From an uncultured Pseudomonadota bacterium (lineage in GTDB: Bacteria > Pseudomonadota > Alphaproteobacteria > RF32 > CAG-239): 64,000 nucleotides of DNA. The notes under the pieces were generated by a model, which searched no databases, was not told where the DNA came from, and saw nothing but the letters and a program-made list of their open reading frames with translations. How positions within the stretch are numbered: the first letter of the stretch is position 1; each line of letters begins with the position of its first letter. Shown here one piece after another: positions 48,690 through 57,742 of the stretch. The DNA is taken from positions 2,485 through 66,484 of the forward strand of contig CASFNK010000033.1 in the NCBI GenBank assembly GCA_949295995.1, given 5' to 3'. A program made the position numbers and the translations under genes.

Positions 48690-49478
48690 TTATCTAAGTT
48701 GCGTAATTGTACTCAACATCTGATCTGAGGTTTGAATAATCTTAGAGTTCATTTCATAAGCACGTTGTGCCGAAACCAACTCGGTAATTTCCGAAACCGC
48801 ATTCACATTAGATGTTTCAAGATATCCTTGCAGGATTGAACCAAACCCCTCGGCATCCGGATTATCGAGCACCGGCGCGCCTGATGCTTGGGTTTCCAAG
48901 AACAAGTTTTGCCCCATGGCTTCCAAACCAGCCTCGTTTACAAAGGTTGCGAGTTCGAGTTGCCCGATATTAATTTCATCGGTTTCACCGTCTTGTTTTA
49001 CCCAAACTTCTCCCGAATTATTAACATAGACTTCGGTAGCATCTTCAGGGATGGTAATTTCGGGCTGAACGACATAACCGTCATGTGTAACAATCACACC
49101 GTCACCGTTTCTTTGGAAAGCACCGTCACGGGTATAAGCCGTTCCTTTACCTTCCGGAAGCTCTACTTGAAAATATCCTCGACCTTGAATGGCCAAATCC
49201 AGAGAGTTATTGGTATTGGTCAAACCCGTACCGCCGGTAATACGATAAACGGCTGCGGTTCTGACACCGAGACCAAGCTGAATACCGGACGGTACGATTG
49301 TTTCACCGGCCGAAGAAGCAGCCCCCGGACGAACAATGTTTTGATAGAGCAAATCATTAAATTCAGCTCTGCGTTTGGTATAAGCCGTGGTGTTCATATT
49401 GGCAATATTGTTGGAAATAACGTCAACATTGGTTTGTTGAGCCAGCATTCCCGTTGCACCGATAGCTAAAGATCTCAT
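48690..49478 (-). CDS. flgG: Flagellar distal rod protein
   Basis: ISNNIANMNT, DLLYQ, YTRDG, LETSNVNAV, AQRAYEMNSK. Confidence 0.96.
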   Translation of the reverse strand: MRSLAIGATGMLAQQTNVDVISNNIANMNTTAYTKRRAEFNDLLYQNIVRPGAASSAGETIVPSGIQLGLGVRTAAVYRITGGTGLTNTNNSLDLAIQGRGYFQVELPEGKGTAYTRDGAFQRNGDGVIVTHDGYVVQPEITIPEDATEVYVNNSGEVWVKQDGETDEINIGQLELATFVNEAGLEAMGQNLFLETQASGAPVLDNPDAEGFGSILQGYLETSNVNAVSEITELVSAQRAYEMNSKIIQTSDQMLSTITQLR

Positions 49479-49495
49479 TTTCTCTCCCCTCTAAA

Positions 49496-50239
49496 TTAAG
49501 CCAGCTGAGAATAAGCTGTAATAGTGTTAGACAAACGTTCATGTTCTTCATCAATCATACTTTGCACAATTTCGTATGAACGTTGCAGTTTAATCATTCT
49601 GGTCATTTCGCTGATTGAATCGACATTGGATTTTTCCAACGCACCTTGCACAATCTGCACATCTTGCGCGCCGACAATCATGTCATTGCCATTGGTATTG
49701 GCAAACAAGGTATCACCGATTTTTTCCAGTTTTTGATTATCGGCAAATTTTACCGTCTTAATACGACCAATCGGACCATTTTCGGTCAAAACATCACCGC
49801 TTTCGCTAATGGTAATATCTTTTTCGCCCGGAGCAAAAAAGAACGGCTCATTATTTTCCGACATAACGGCATAACCCTCGCTCGTAACCAATTGTCCGTC
49901 AGCATTCAAAGTAAAATTACCTTTTTTGGTGTACATTTCTCCTTGCGGGGTTTCTACAGCAAAGAAATTATCACCCCGAACCGCCAAATCAAAAACATTT
50001 CCGGTTTCAACAATCGCCCCTTCGCTAAAGTCATGATATTGCCCGTAATCCATTGTAAAATAGACCGGAACTTTACCAAAACCTTGCGCTTGAGGCGTCT
50101 GTGTCAAATAAGATGTGAAAATTGCACCATCTTGCTTGTAACCACTGGTGTTCATATTTGCCATATTATTGGAAACAATATCCATTTGTTTCCATAAGGC
50201 CATTTGGCGTGAAAGTGCAATATATTTGGTATTATCCAT
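49496..50239 (-). CDS. flgF: Flagellar proximal rod protein
   Basis: VSNNMANMNTSGYK, TGNVFDLA, LEKSNV, QRSYE. Upstream of flgG. Confidence 0.93.
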   Translation of the reverse strand: MDNTKYIALSRQMALWKQMDIVSNNMANMNTSGYKQDGAIFTSYLTQTPQAQGFGKVPVYFTMDYGQYHDFSEGAIVETGNVFDLAVRGDNFFAVETPQGEMYTKKGNFTLNADGQLVTSEGYAVMSENNEPFFFAPGEKDITISESGDVLTENGPIGRIKTVKFADNQKLEKIGDTLFANTNGNDMIVGAQDVQIVQGALEKSNVDSISEMTRMIKLQRSYEIVQSMIDEEHERLSNTITAYSQLA

Positions 50240-50290
50240 TAATTTATTCTCCCCAATAAAAATCGGATAATTTTCTTTGCTTATAAGTAA

Positions 50291-50307
50291 TGCAAATTAC
50301 GTGCCAA
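50291..50307 (-). promoter_or_regulatory. Sigma-54 (-24/-12) promoter of flgFGAH
   Basis: Minus strand TTGGCAC-GTAAT-TTGCA matches TGGCAC-N5-TTGCW, ~50 nt upstream of flgF. Confidence 0.85.
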
Positions 50308-50310
50308 ATT

Positions 50311-50326
50311 TTAAGAAAGTTTTAAC
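50311..50326. promoter_or_regulatory. CtrA-type box
   Basis: TTAA-gaaagtt-TTAAC (TTAA-N7-TTAAC) directly upstream of the sigma-54 -24 element. Confidence 0.55.
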
Positions 50327-50363
50327 GGATTATTTTTTACTTTGAAAATTCAGTGATTTAAAC

Positions 50364-50401
50364 AAAAAAAAAGAGAGAGGGTGGAAGTTCCTCTCTCTCT
50401 C
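50364..50401 (-). terminator. Intrinsic terminator after 50422-51396
   Basis: Minus strand: agagagagagg ... cctctctctt followed by a long U-run. Confidence 0.8.
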
Positions 50402-50421
50402 GTCCTCCTTGCGGAGGTAGG

Positions 50422-51396
50422 TTACTTTCGGAAATAATTTAGAACCATAATGATGCTCTTCACATCATCATAAGTCATTTTTCGGTTTCTTGGAGAACCT
50501 CCAATTCCGACGTGTCCGCCGAAACCGGTACCTTCTTCCAGTCCATACAGCTCATTGAGCTTCGCATAAACCTTTTTAAGGCCGTTTTCTCCAAATAACT
50601 CTTCCGCAACTTCAGCACATGGAGTGCCGATTAAAATGTTGCCCTCGTCATAAAGAGCAACAACAATCGGATTTGCCCATGCCGCTGCAGTGCGGACATT
50701 CCCGTCTTTTTTCTGATACCAAGTGTCAAAGCCAAATACAGAAGCTCCTCGGATAACAAGGATTCCACTTTCCTTGTGTCCGCGTTCTGCCATATCAGCT
50801 TGAGCCTTGGCAACTAATCTTTCCTGCTCCTGTACGGCAGCGGCATAAAATGGAGCTAACATCTCCTCTTCGGAGAACATCAACTTCCGCCAACCGTGTA
50901 CGGACAGCTCAGCATTTGAGCCAAAACCGCTGTAAAATGCATGCCACAAGGACAGCATTTTACCGAACGGCAAAGCCATTCGGTCAAGACCGACTGGGTC
51001 TGTATCCAACAAGGCGATAGTCCCAGCCAGAGCCGTGAAATCACGACTCATGACTTCTGCCACTTTTCCTTTCAAGAACTTATTGTTCTTGTTGCAAGGT
51101 GCTGGAATGTAACCTGCCAATGCTGCGATTGCAAATGTGCAATCCGCGTCAATGTGCGAAATTACGAACCGCTGGTCTTTCCGTCTTGCTCCATAGCAAT
51201 CGCGATAAGCGCGAATTGCTACAGACTCGAGCTGAGATAAATCACGACCGTCGGGGGTTATCCCGTGATGGTCCATTAAAAGACCATCTACTACAGACCG
51301 CCCCCCGTAGGAGCATTCTACCGGGCAATAGCCCTGGTTTACATAATTTTGCGCCTCTGCCGCAGTCTTGGCAAAGACGATTTCGAGTTGTTTCAT
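50422..51396 (-). CDS. Hypothetical protein, DHH-phosphoesterase-like with permuted motif order
   Basis: MDHHG precedes SHIDAD. C-terminal FGGHVGIGGSPR. Confidence 0.6.
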   Translation of the reverse strand: MKQLEIVFAKTAAEAQNYVNQGYCPVECSYGGRSVVDGLLMDHHGITPDGRDLSQLESVAIRAYRDCYGARRKDQRFVISHIDADCTFAIAALAGYIPAPCNKNNKFLKGKVAEVMSRDFTALAGTIALLDTDPVGLDRMALPFGKMLSLWHAFYSGFGSNAELSVHGWRKLMFSEEEMLAPFYAAAVQEQERLVAKAQADMAERGHKESGILVIRGASVFGFDTWYQKKDGNVRTAAAWANPIVVALYDEGNILIGTPCAEVAEELFGENGLKKVYAKLNELYGLEEGTGFGGHVGIGGSPRNRKMTYDDVKSIIMVLNYFRK

Positions 51397-51715
51397 AATT
51401 ATATGGTTTTAAGTATTTGCATTTGAAATTGAGGCATGCAAACAACGGCCTCAGATATAAAAAAGAAAAAATATTATACCTAAGCCGTCTCCATATTTAT
51501 ATGAAACGAATGGCATAATAATTACTAAAGTCTTATAGAATAGACTTTAATAATACCATACCTCCGCCCTCCTGTCTAGACAAAAAACAGCTCTATTTTT
51601 GGAAATAAAAAAGAATTTGAAAAACAAACTTAACCCGCCGTAAGTCTTTTACGAACCTACAACGAGCTCCACGAAAAAAATTTACAAGCAGTCCACCGTT
51701 ATACAATTTTTTCCC

Positions 51716-51837
51716 AAAACCCGTTATATGAGATTGATAATAAGATTTAAGAGAGCTGACACCGCAGCGTAGCCAAACCTACGTGAGGATGGCAGCTTCT
51801 CGCAAAATCTGTATTAGAAATCCATAGAACGGGTTTT
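51716..51837 (+). repeat. RPE-like palindromic element (copy A, 122 bp) overlapping the era stop codon
   Basis: Ends aaaacccgtt/aacgggtttt, one long imperfect hairpin, apical caccgcagcgtag-ccaaac-ctacgtgaggat. Confidence 0.8.
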
Positions 51838-52747
51838 AAGAGTTGAAGTCAAGATTCCACGCACTATACCTTGCCGGATCATCAATCCAGTTGGCGCGTA
51901 CTTTCACAAATAAAAACAGATGAACACGCTCTTCGAGCTCTCGTTCAATCTCGCGACGTGCCGATTGCCCGATTTTTTTAATCATCTCACCGCCACGACC
52001 TAAAATAATGGTCTTTTGGTTGTCTTTTTTGACATAGATAGTCATCTCGGCACGCACCGATCCATCTTCACGCCGCTCCCATAATTCGGGCTCAACAGTG
52101 AGCTCATAAGGAATTTCTTGCCGCAAATATAAAAAGAGCTTCTCGCGCACAATTTCAGCCGCCAAAAGTTTCAGCGGCATATCAGACATCTGCTCTTCGG
52201 GATAATACCAAGGAGATTCCGGTAAGTTGTCAGCCAAATATTTGTAGAAGTCATCAATATTTTGTCCGGTAAGGGCGGAAATCATAAACGTTTCTTTGAA
52301 ATTTCCGGCCTCATTCAACGCAGCACTTAAGGCCAAAAGCTTGGTCTTGTCAATAATATCAACTTTGTTCAAAACCAAAATGGCAGAGAGTTTGTTTTTG
52401 TTGAGCTGGTCAATAATGGCTCGGGTTTCATCATCAAACCCACGTTTGGCATCAACCACCAAAACGACAATATCGGCATCTTTCACTCCGCTCCAGGCCG
52501 AAGACACCATAGCCCTGTCCAAACGTCTTTTGGGACGAAAGATACCCGGCGTATCAATAAAAATGATTTGCGTATTTTCATACACCCCGATACCTCTGAC
52601 CATGGTACGCGTGGTTTGCACTTTCGGCGAAACGATGGAGACTTTTGACCCGACAAAATTATTGGTAATGGTTGATTTTCCGGCATTCGGCGCACCGATT
52701 AATGCCACAAATCCACATCTTAAAACCTGAGTATCATTTGTGTCCAT
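51836..52747 (-). CDS. era: GTPase Era
   Basis: GAPNAGKS, KVQTTR, DTPG, NKVD, KH domain. Confidence 0.96.
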   Translation of the reverse strand: MDTNDTQVLRCGFVALIGAPNAGKSTITNNFVGSKVSIVSPKVQTTRTMVRGIGVYENTQIIFIDTPGIFRPKRRLDRAMVSSAWSGVKDADIVVLVVDAKRGFDDETRAIIDQLNKNKLSAILVLNKVDIIDKTKLLALSAALNEAGNFKETFMISALTGQNIDDFYKYLADNLPESPWYYPEEQMSDMPLKLLAAEIVREKLFLYLRQEIPYELTVEPELWERREDGSVRAEMTIYVKKDNQKTIILGRGGEMIKKIGQSARREIERELEERVHLFLFVKVRANWIDDPARYSAWNLDFNS

Positions 52748-53402
52748 GCGGATATCCCAAAAAATCAAGCATCTTAGCGGCAGCTTCCTGCTCGGCTAAT
52801 TTTTTATTACGTCCGGCGCCGACTTGCGGTTCAACCCCATTAAGAGCAACCGACATATAAAACGTCGGCTCGTGTTCACTCCCTTCCCTGCCTTTCAGTT
52901 CATAAATCGGATTACCCAAACCTTTGCTGTGAGCAACTTCTTGCAACAAGGTTTTGTTGTCTTTGGGAGGAGCCACATTTTTATCAATCAGTTCTTTCCA
53001 ATGTTGGTTCACAAAATTGACGGCTTCATCACAACCGGCATCCATAAAAATAGCTCCGATGACCGCCTCACAAACATCGCACAAGACATTTTCGTTATGG
53101 CGAATTTCTTCATCCGCCACAATCATAAACTTATCAAGTTTAAGCATTAACGCCACTTCGGCAACGGTTTCTTTACAAACCAACCCGGTATGACGTTGCG
53201 ACAAGCTCCCTTCGGGTTCATTGGGAAACATACGATACAAGAGGCTGGCAATCGCCACACCCAAAACTCTATCACCCAAAAACTCCAAACGTTCATAATT
53301 ATCACATAAACGCGCCGAATGACTGCTATGCGTCAATGCCTGTTGCAACAGATGCTGATTATGGAACTTATATCCCAAAATATTTTCTAAATCAGAAAGC
53401 AT
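52734..53402 (-). CDS. rnc: Ribonuclease III
   Basis: ALTHSS, YERLEFLGD, EAVIGA, dsRBD with KKLAEQEAA. Confidence 0.96.
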   Translation of the reverse strand: MLSDLENILGYKFHNQHLLQQALTHSSHSARLCDNYERLEFLGDRVLGVAIASLLYRMFPNEPEGSLSQRHTGLVCKETVAEVALMLKLDKFMIVADEEIRHNENVLCDVCEAVIGAIFMDAGCDEAVNFVNQHWKELIDKNVAPPKDNKTLLQEVAHSKGLGNPIYELKGREGSEHEPTFYMSVALNGVEPQVGAGRNKKLAEQEAAAKMLDFLGYPHGHK

Positions 53403-53450
53403 GATAAACTCTTTATTTATAAATTGTAAGGAACGATAACTTGGATAATC

Positions 53451-54179
53451 TTATTTAATTTTGTTAAACAAGCGTTCCCAACGAATCATTTTTGGCCAAG
53501 TCCAAGGCTTGTACCAAGCACCGTCATCGCTGTTTGAAAAGAATAAAAAGCGAGCCTTACCGACCAAATTTTCAAAAGGAACAAATCCGACATTAACACG
53601 ACTATCGTCGGAACGATCGCGGTTATCGCCCATAACAAACAAACTTCCCTCGGGAACGGTCAACTCGGGTAAGTTATCTTCGTTTTCAAAATCAGAAACT
53701 TCCAAAATTTTGTGTTTTTTACCCCCCGGCAAAGTTTCCATATATTGGTGATAGCGTTCGGCATTGCCTTGACTGTCGCGAATAACAAAATCTTGCATTT
53801 CTTCACGTTCAACCAACTCACCATTCACAAACAAGCGTCCGTTTTCCATTTTGATTTTGTCGCCAGGTAAACCGATAACTCGTTTTATATAGTCGGTTTT
53901 GTTATCTTGCGGAAACTTGAAAACCACCACATCACCTCTTTGAGGGACATCTGCCCAAACTCTTCCCTCAAACAAAGGAATACTAAAAGGCAAAGAATGT
54001 TTAGAATAACCGTAAGTATATTTAGAGACAAACAAATAATCCCCGACATAAAGGGTTGGATACATAGAACCCGAAGGAATTTTAAAAGGCTCAAACAAGA
54101 ATGTTCTAATCAGGATGGCAATAACGATTGCATAAAACAACGTTTTCACCGTATCCATTAAACTTTCATCTTCTTCCAT
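53451..54179 (-). CDS. lepB: Signal peptidase I
   Basis: IPSGSMYPTL, YIKRVIGLPGD, MGDNRDRSDDSR. Confidence 0.96.
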   Translation of the reverse strand: MEEDESLMDTVKTLFYAIVIAILIRTFLFEPFKIPSGSMYPTLYVGDYLFVSKYTYGYSKHSLPFSIPLFEGRVWADVPQRGDVVVFKFPQDNKTDYIKRVIGLPGDKIKMENGRLFVNGELVEREEMQDFVIRDSQGNAERYHQYMETLPGGKKHKILEVSDFENEDNLPELTVPEGSLFVMGDNRDRSDDSRVNVGFVPFENLVGKARFLFFSNSDDGAWYKPWTWPKMIRWERLFNKIK

Positions 54180-54309
54180 ATTAATCTCTTTTATAAAAAA
54201 ACAATAACTTCAGCCATTATTTTTGAAAAAAGCATGAACGCGTGCCTTTTTCAAAAACAATCAATCTTTTGCATACTAACCGCATATTTTACGGATAGCA
54301 ACAACAAAA

Positions 54310-54714
54310 TCAAATTAATTCAATAATTACAAACGCTTGCGCCCAAGGATAATCATCACTCATGGACACTTGCAGATTATACTCCTTGCCTTTACTTAAC
54401 TTTTGTAAATGTTTCAACGCACCGCCGTAAATTTTGAGTTGAGGCTTGCCTGACTTTTGGTGAACAATGGCAATATCTTTCATAAAGACCCCTTCACGAA
54501 AGCCTGTTCCCAAGGCTTTTGCAAAAGCCTCTTTAGCGGCAAAGCGTTTAGCCAAAGTGCAAGCATATTCTTTATTAGAAATCGCTTGACGTCTCTTAAT
54601 CTCATTAAATTCGACCGGCGCAAAAGAGCGTTTCAGAAATCTCTCTCCGAAGATGCTGATTGTTTCCTCAATACGGCTGATATTAGCCAAATCACTTCCG
54701 ACACCCAAAATCAT
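54310..54714 (-). CDS. acpS: Holo-ACP synthase
   Basis: GVGSD, AKRFAAKEAFAKALGTG, GKP. Confidence 0.94.
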   Translation of the reverse strand: MILGVGSDLANISRIEETISIFGERFLKRSFAPVEFNEIKRRQAISNKEYACTLAKRFAAKEAFAKALGTGFREGVFMKDIAIVHQKSGKPQLKIYGGALKHLQKLSKGKEYNLQVSMSDDYPWAQAFVIIELI

Positions 54715-54827
54715 AAAAATAACCCTTTTCTAACCTTTTGATACCACACAAACATTTGGTATATAATATAAAAAATTTTCCATCGCAACCCAGATTTAAG
54801 AAAAAACTTAAATTGTGGATTGTCTTA

Positions 54828-56978
54828 TTATTGATTAGCCCTTGCCACATAAGAAACTACTTTGCTGGCTTTGAGAGCCGCAATAATATCCGTCAAATGT
54901 TTAAGGTCTTTCACATCAATATCAATCAATAATTCAAAATAGCTGATTGTTCGATAAACGATATTCAAGTTGGAGATATTACCGTTATTTCTGGCAACCA
55001 GATTTGATAATTCGGCCAGCGACCCCGGTTCATTGGCAAGCATCACTTTCAAGCGTCCGGTATGCATTTCATTTTCGGCTTCCTCACCCCAAGCAATATC
55101 GAGCCAACGTTCAGGCTCATCGGCATATTTTTCCAAAGCCTTACAATCAATTGTATGAACAGCCACACCTTTACCGGTAGTAACGATACCGACAATTCTA
55201 TCGCCCGGCAGTGGGTGGCAGCATCCGGCAAAATGAACGGCCATACCCGGAATAAGCCCTTTAATTTTAAGCGGTTCGCTTTTTTTATCTTTTTTAATAA
55301 CCTTTTTAAAGCTCGGAACCTTGATGGCTTTAACCACTTTTTCCAGTTTGGATTGCTTATAAGCCGGATAAACCGCTTTCAAGACATCCCAACCGGTAAC
55401 CAACCCCTCACCAACCTTGGCATAAACATCTTCAATCGATTCGGCTTCAAAATTCTGCAACACGTTAACCAAGGCTTTTTCAGAAAATTCCAGATTTTCG
55501 CCCTTAAATAAGCGTTCCAAAATCTCTTGTCCCAAAGTAATGAATTGGTCGCGTTTGTTCGCACGCACATAACGTCTGATAGCGGCTTTGGCTTTTCCGG
55601 TTACCACAAAACGCTCCCACTCGGTTGAGGGGTGTTGCGCTTTAGAGGTTAAAATTTCGACCTGATCACCATTTTGCAACACGGTACGAAGCGGTCTGAT
55701 TTCACCGTTAATTTTAGCTCCGACACAAGTATCACCGACCGAAGAGTGAACGGCATAAGCAAAATCCACCGGTGTTGAATTGACCGGTAAACCGATTAAA
55801 TCACCTTTGGGCGTAAAGCAAAAGACTTGGTCGTTATACATTTCGAGCTTGGTATTTTCCAAAAACTCTTCAGGATTTGAGGCTTGCTCCAAAATTTCCA
55901 ACAACTCTCTAATCCAGCGATAATGCTTACCTTCGGCTTTTTGTCCTTGTTTGTAAGCCCAGTGGGCGGCCACACCTTTTTCACCGATTTCATGCATTTC
56001 ATGGGTACGGATTTGAATTTCGATACGGGTATTTTCAGGTCCTATCACACCGGTATGAATTGATTGATAACCGTTTGGTTTCGGGGTTGAAATATAGTCC
56101 TTAAAACGTCTTGGCACCATGTGATATTTGCTGTGAACCACACCCAAAGCCTGATAACAGGTTGCTACGTCATCAACAATAATACGAAACGCCATAATAT
56201 CGGAGAGTTGCTCAAACGAAGCGTTTTTCTGCTGCATTTTGCGCCAAATGGAATAAGGCGTTTTTTCTCGTCCGGAAACAACCGCCTTTATCCCATTTTC
56301 TTCCATATCTTTTTCAAGTTGTTTAATAATTTTCGGAACAATATTACTGCCTTGCTCACGCAAAAAGTTTAAACGAGCTACAATAGAATCATGAGCATCT
56401 TTATTAAGCTCGGCAAAAGCAATTTCTTCCAACTCGCTTTTCACTTCTTGCATACCGATACGTTCAGCCAAGGGCGCATAAATATCCAAAGTTTCACGAG
56501 CAATTCTGGCGCGTTTTTCAGGCTTCTTCACAAAATGCAAAGTCCGCATATTATGCAGTCTATCTGCTAATTTAATAAGCAGGACGCGGATATCTTCCGA
56601 CATTGCAAGCAAAAGTTTGCGAAAATTTTCAGCTTGTTTGTTATTGGCCGATTTTTGCTCAATCATCGCCAACTTGGTCAACCCGTCAACCAACTGAGCC
56701 ACCTGCTCACCAAAAAGTGAACGAATTTCCTCAACTGTAGTATCGGTATCTTCCACCGTATCGTGCAACAATCCGGCGATAATAGAAGCTGAATCCAACT
56801 TAAACTTGGTCAAAATACCGGCAACTTCCACCGGATGCGAATAATAAGGGTCGCCGGATTCACGAAGCTGGGCGCCATGTTTTTTCATAGCAAACACATA
56901 AGCGCGGTTAAGAGCGTCTTCATCGGCATCAGGGTCATAAGATTTTACTAAATCGACTAATTCATACTGTCTTAACAT
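54828..56978 (-). CDS. spoT: Bifunctional (p)ppGpp synthetase/hydrolase
   Basis: MLRQYELV start, LLHDTVEDT, KLADRLHNMRT, KDYISTPK, TGS domain, CCHP, ACT domain. Confidence 0.96.
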   Translation of the reverse strand: MLRQYELVDLVKSYDPDADEDALNRAYVFAMKKHGAQLRESGDPYYSHPVEVAGILTKFKLDSASIIAGLLHDTVEDTDTTVEEIRSLFGEQVAQLVDGLTKLAMIEQKSANNKQAENFRKLLLAMSEDIRVLLIKLADRLHNMRTLHFVKKPEKRARIARETLDIYAPLAERIGMQEVKSELEEIAFAELNKDAHDSIVARLNFLREQGSNIVPKIIKQLEKDMEENGIKAVVSGREKTPYSIWRKMQQKNASFEQLSDIMAFRIIVDDVATCYQALGVVHSKYHMVPRRFKDYISTPKPNGYQSIHTGVIGPENTRIEIQIRTHEMHEIGEKGVAAHWAYKQGQKAEGKHYRWIRELLEILEQASNPEEFLENTKLEMYNDQVFCFTPKGDLIGLPVNSTPVDFAYAVHSSVGDTCVGAKINGEIRPLRTVLQNGDQVEILTSKAQHPSTEWERFVVTGKAKAAIRRYVRANKRDQFITLGQEILERLFKGENLEFSEKALVNVLQNFEAESIEDVYAKVGEGLVTGWDVLKAVYPAYKQSKLEKVVKAIKVPSFKKVIKKDKKSEPLKIKGLIPGMAVHFAGCCHPLPGDRIVGIVTTGKGVAVHTIDCKALEKYADEPERWLDIAWGEEAENEMHTGRLKVMLANEPGSLAELSNLVARNNGNISNLNIVYRTISYFELLIDIDVKDLKHLTDIIAALKASKVVSYVARANQ

Positions 56979-57110
56979 TTTCACCCTTAAACAAAAAGTT
57001 ACCTGTAGCAATTGATTTAATACTACACCATTTACACACAAACCTACAACACAAAAATTAAAATTTGCTTTAAAACCCCCGAAATTTCCGCCTCTCTGTA
57101 ACATAAAGCC

Positions 57111-57138
57111 AAAAAAAGGAGCCGATTAAGGCTCCTTT
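57111..57138 (-). terminator. Intrinsic terminator after rpoZ
   Basis: Minus strand: aaaggagcc-ttaatc-ggctcc followed by a U-run. Confidence 0.8.
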
Positions 57139-57158
57139 AAAAATTTTTACATTAATAA

Positions 57159-57647
57159 CTACTCTTCATCGTCAAAATTATCGCCTAGGTCATCGCCTAA
57201 GTCAAAATTTTCATCCATAGCGTTTTCATCACCTAAAGACATATCATCGCTATCGACATCGGAGGCATCTAAATCCAAAACATCATCATCTTCACCATGG
57301 ACTTGCATACCCTCAGATACTTCATTATCAAGCAAAACACCTGAAAATTGGTCATCCAAATCAGCCAATTCTTTTTCAGCAGCCATAATTTCCATTTCTT
57401 CTTCTTCAGGCTCTTCAACTTCAACATATTTTTGAAGTCCCAAGACCAAAGATTTTTGCAATTCTTCAATACTAACGGTTTCATCAGCAATTTCACGCAA
57501 AGCCACAACCGAATTTTTATCATTATCGCGAGCGACCGTAATCGGAGCACCTGAAGCAATATCTTTAGCACGCTGAGCCGCAACCATTAACAGTTCATAA
57601 CGGTTAGGAATTTTATCAACGCAATCTTCAACAGTTACACGAGCCAT
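57159..57647 (-). CDS. rpoZ: RNA polymerase omega subunit with a long acidic tail
   Basis: MARVTVEDC ... NRYEL ... DK ... VALREIA. Confidence 0.95.
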   Translation of the reverse strand: MARVTVEDCVDKIPNRYELLMVAAQRAKDIASGAPITVARDNDKNSVVALREIADETVSIEELQKSLVLGLQKYVEVEEPEEEEMEIMAAEKELADLDDQFSGVLLDNEVSEGMQVHGEDDDVLDLDASDVDSDDMSLGDENAMDENFDLGDDLGDNFDDEE

Positions 57648-57742
57648 TTTCTCTCATCCTCAAAAATTAAACAGAGTTTTCTTAGCTTTATACAGACTAA
57701 AAAACACAAATGCAATAGCAAAATGCAAAAAATTTTTGCAAA

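Noticed and set aside
51301-51306. C6 tract in the DHH-like gene as a phase-variation site
   Set aside because: Too short, and the frame is intact.
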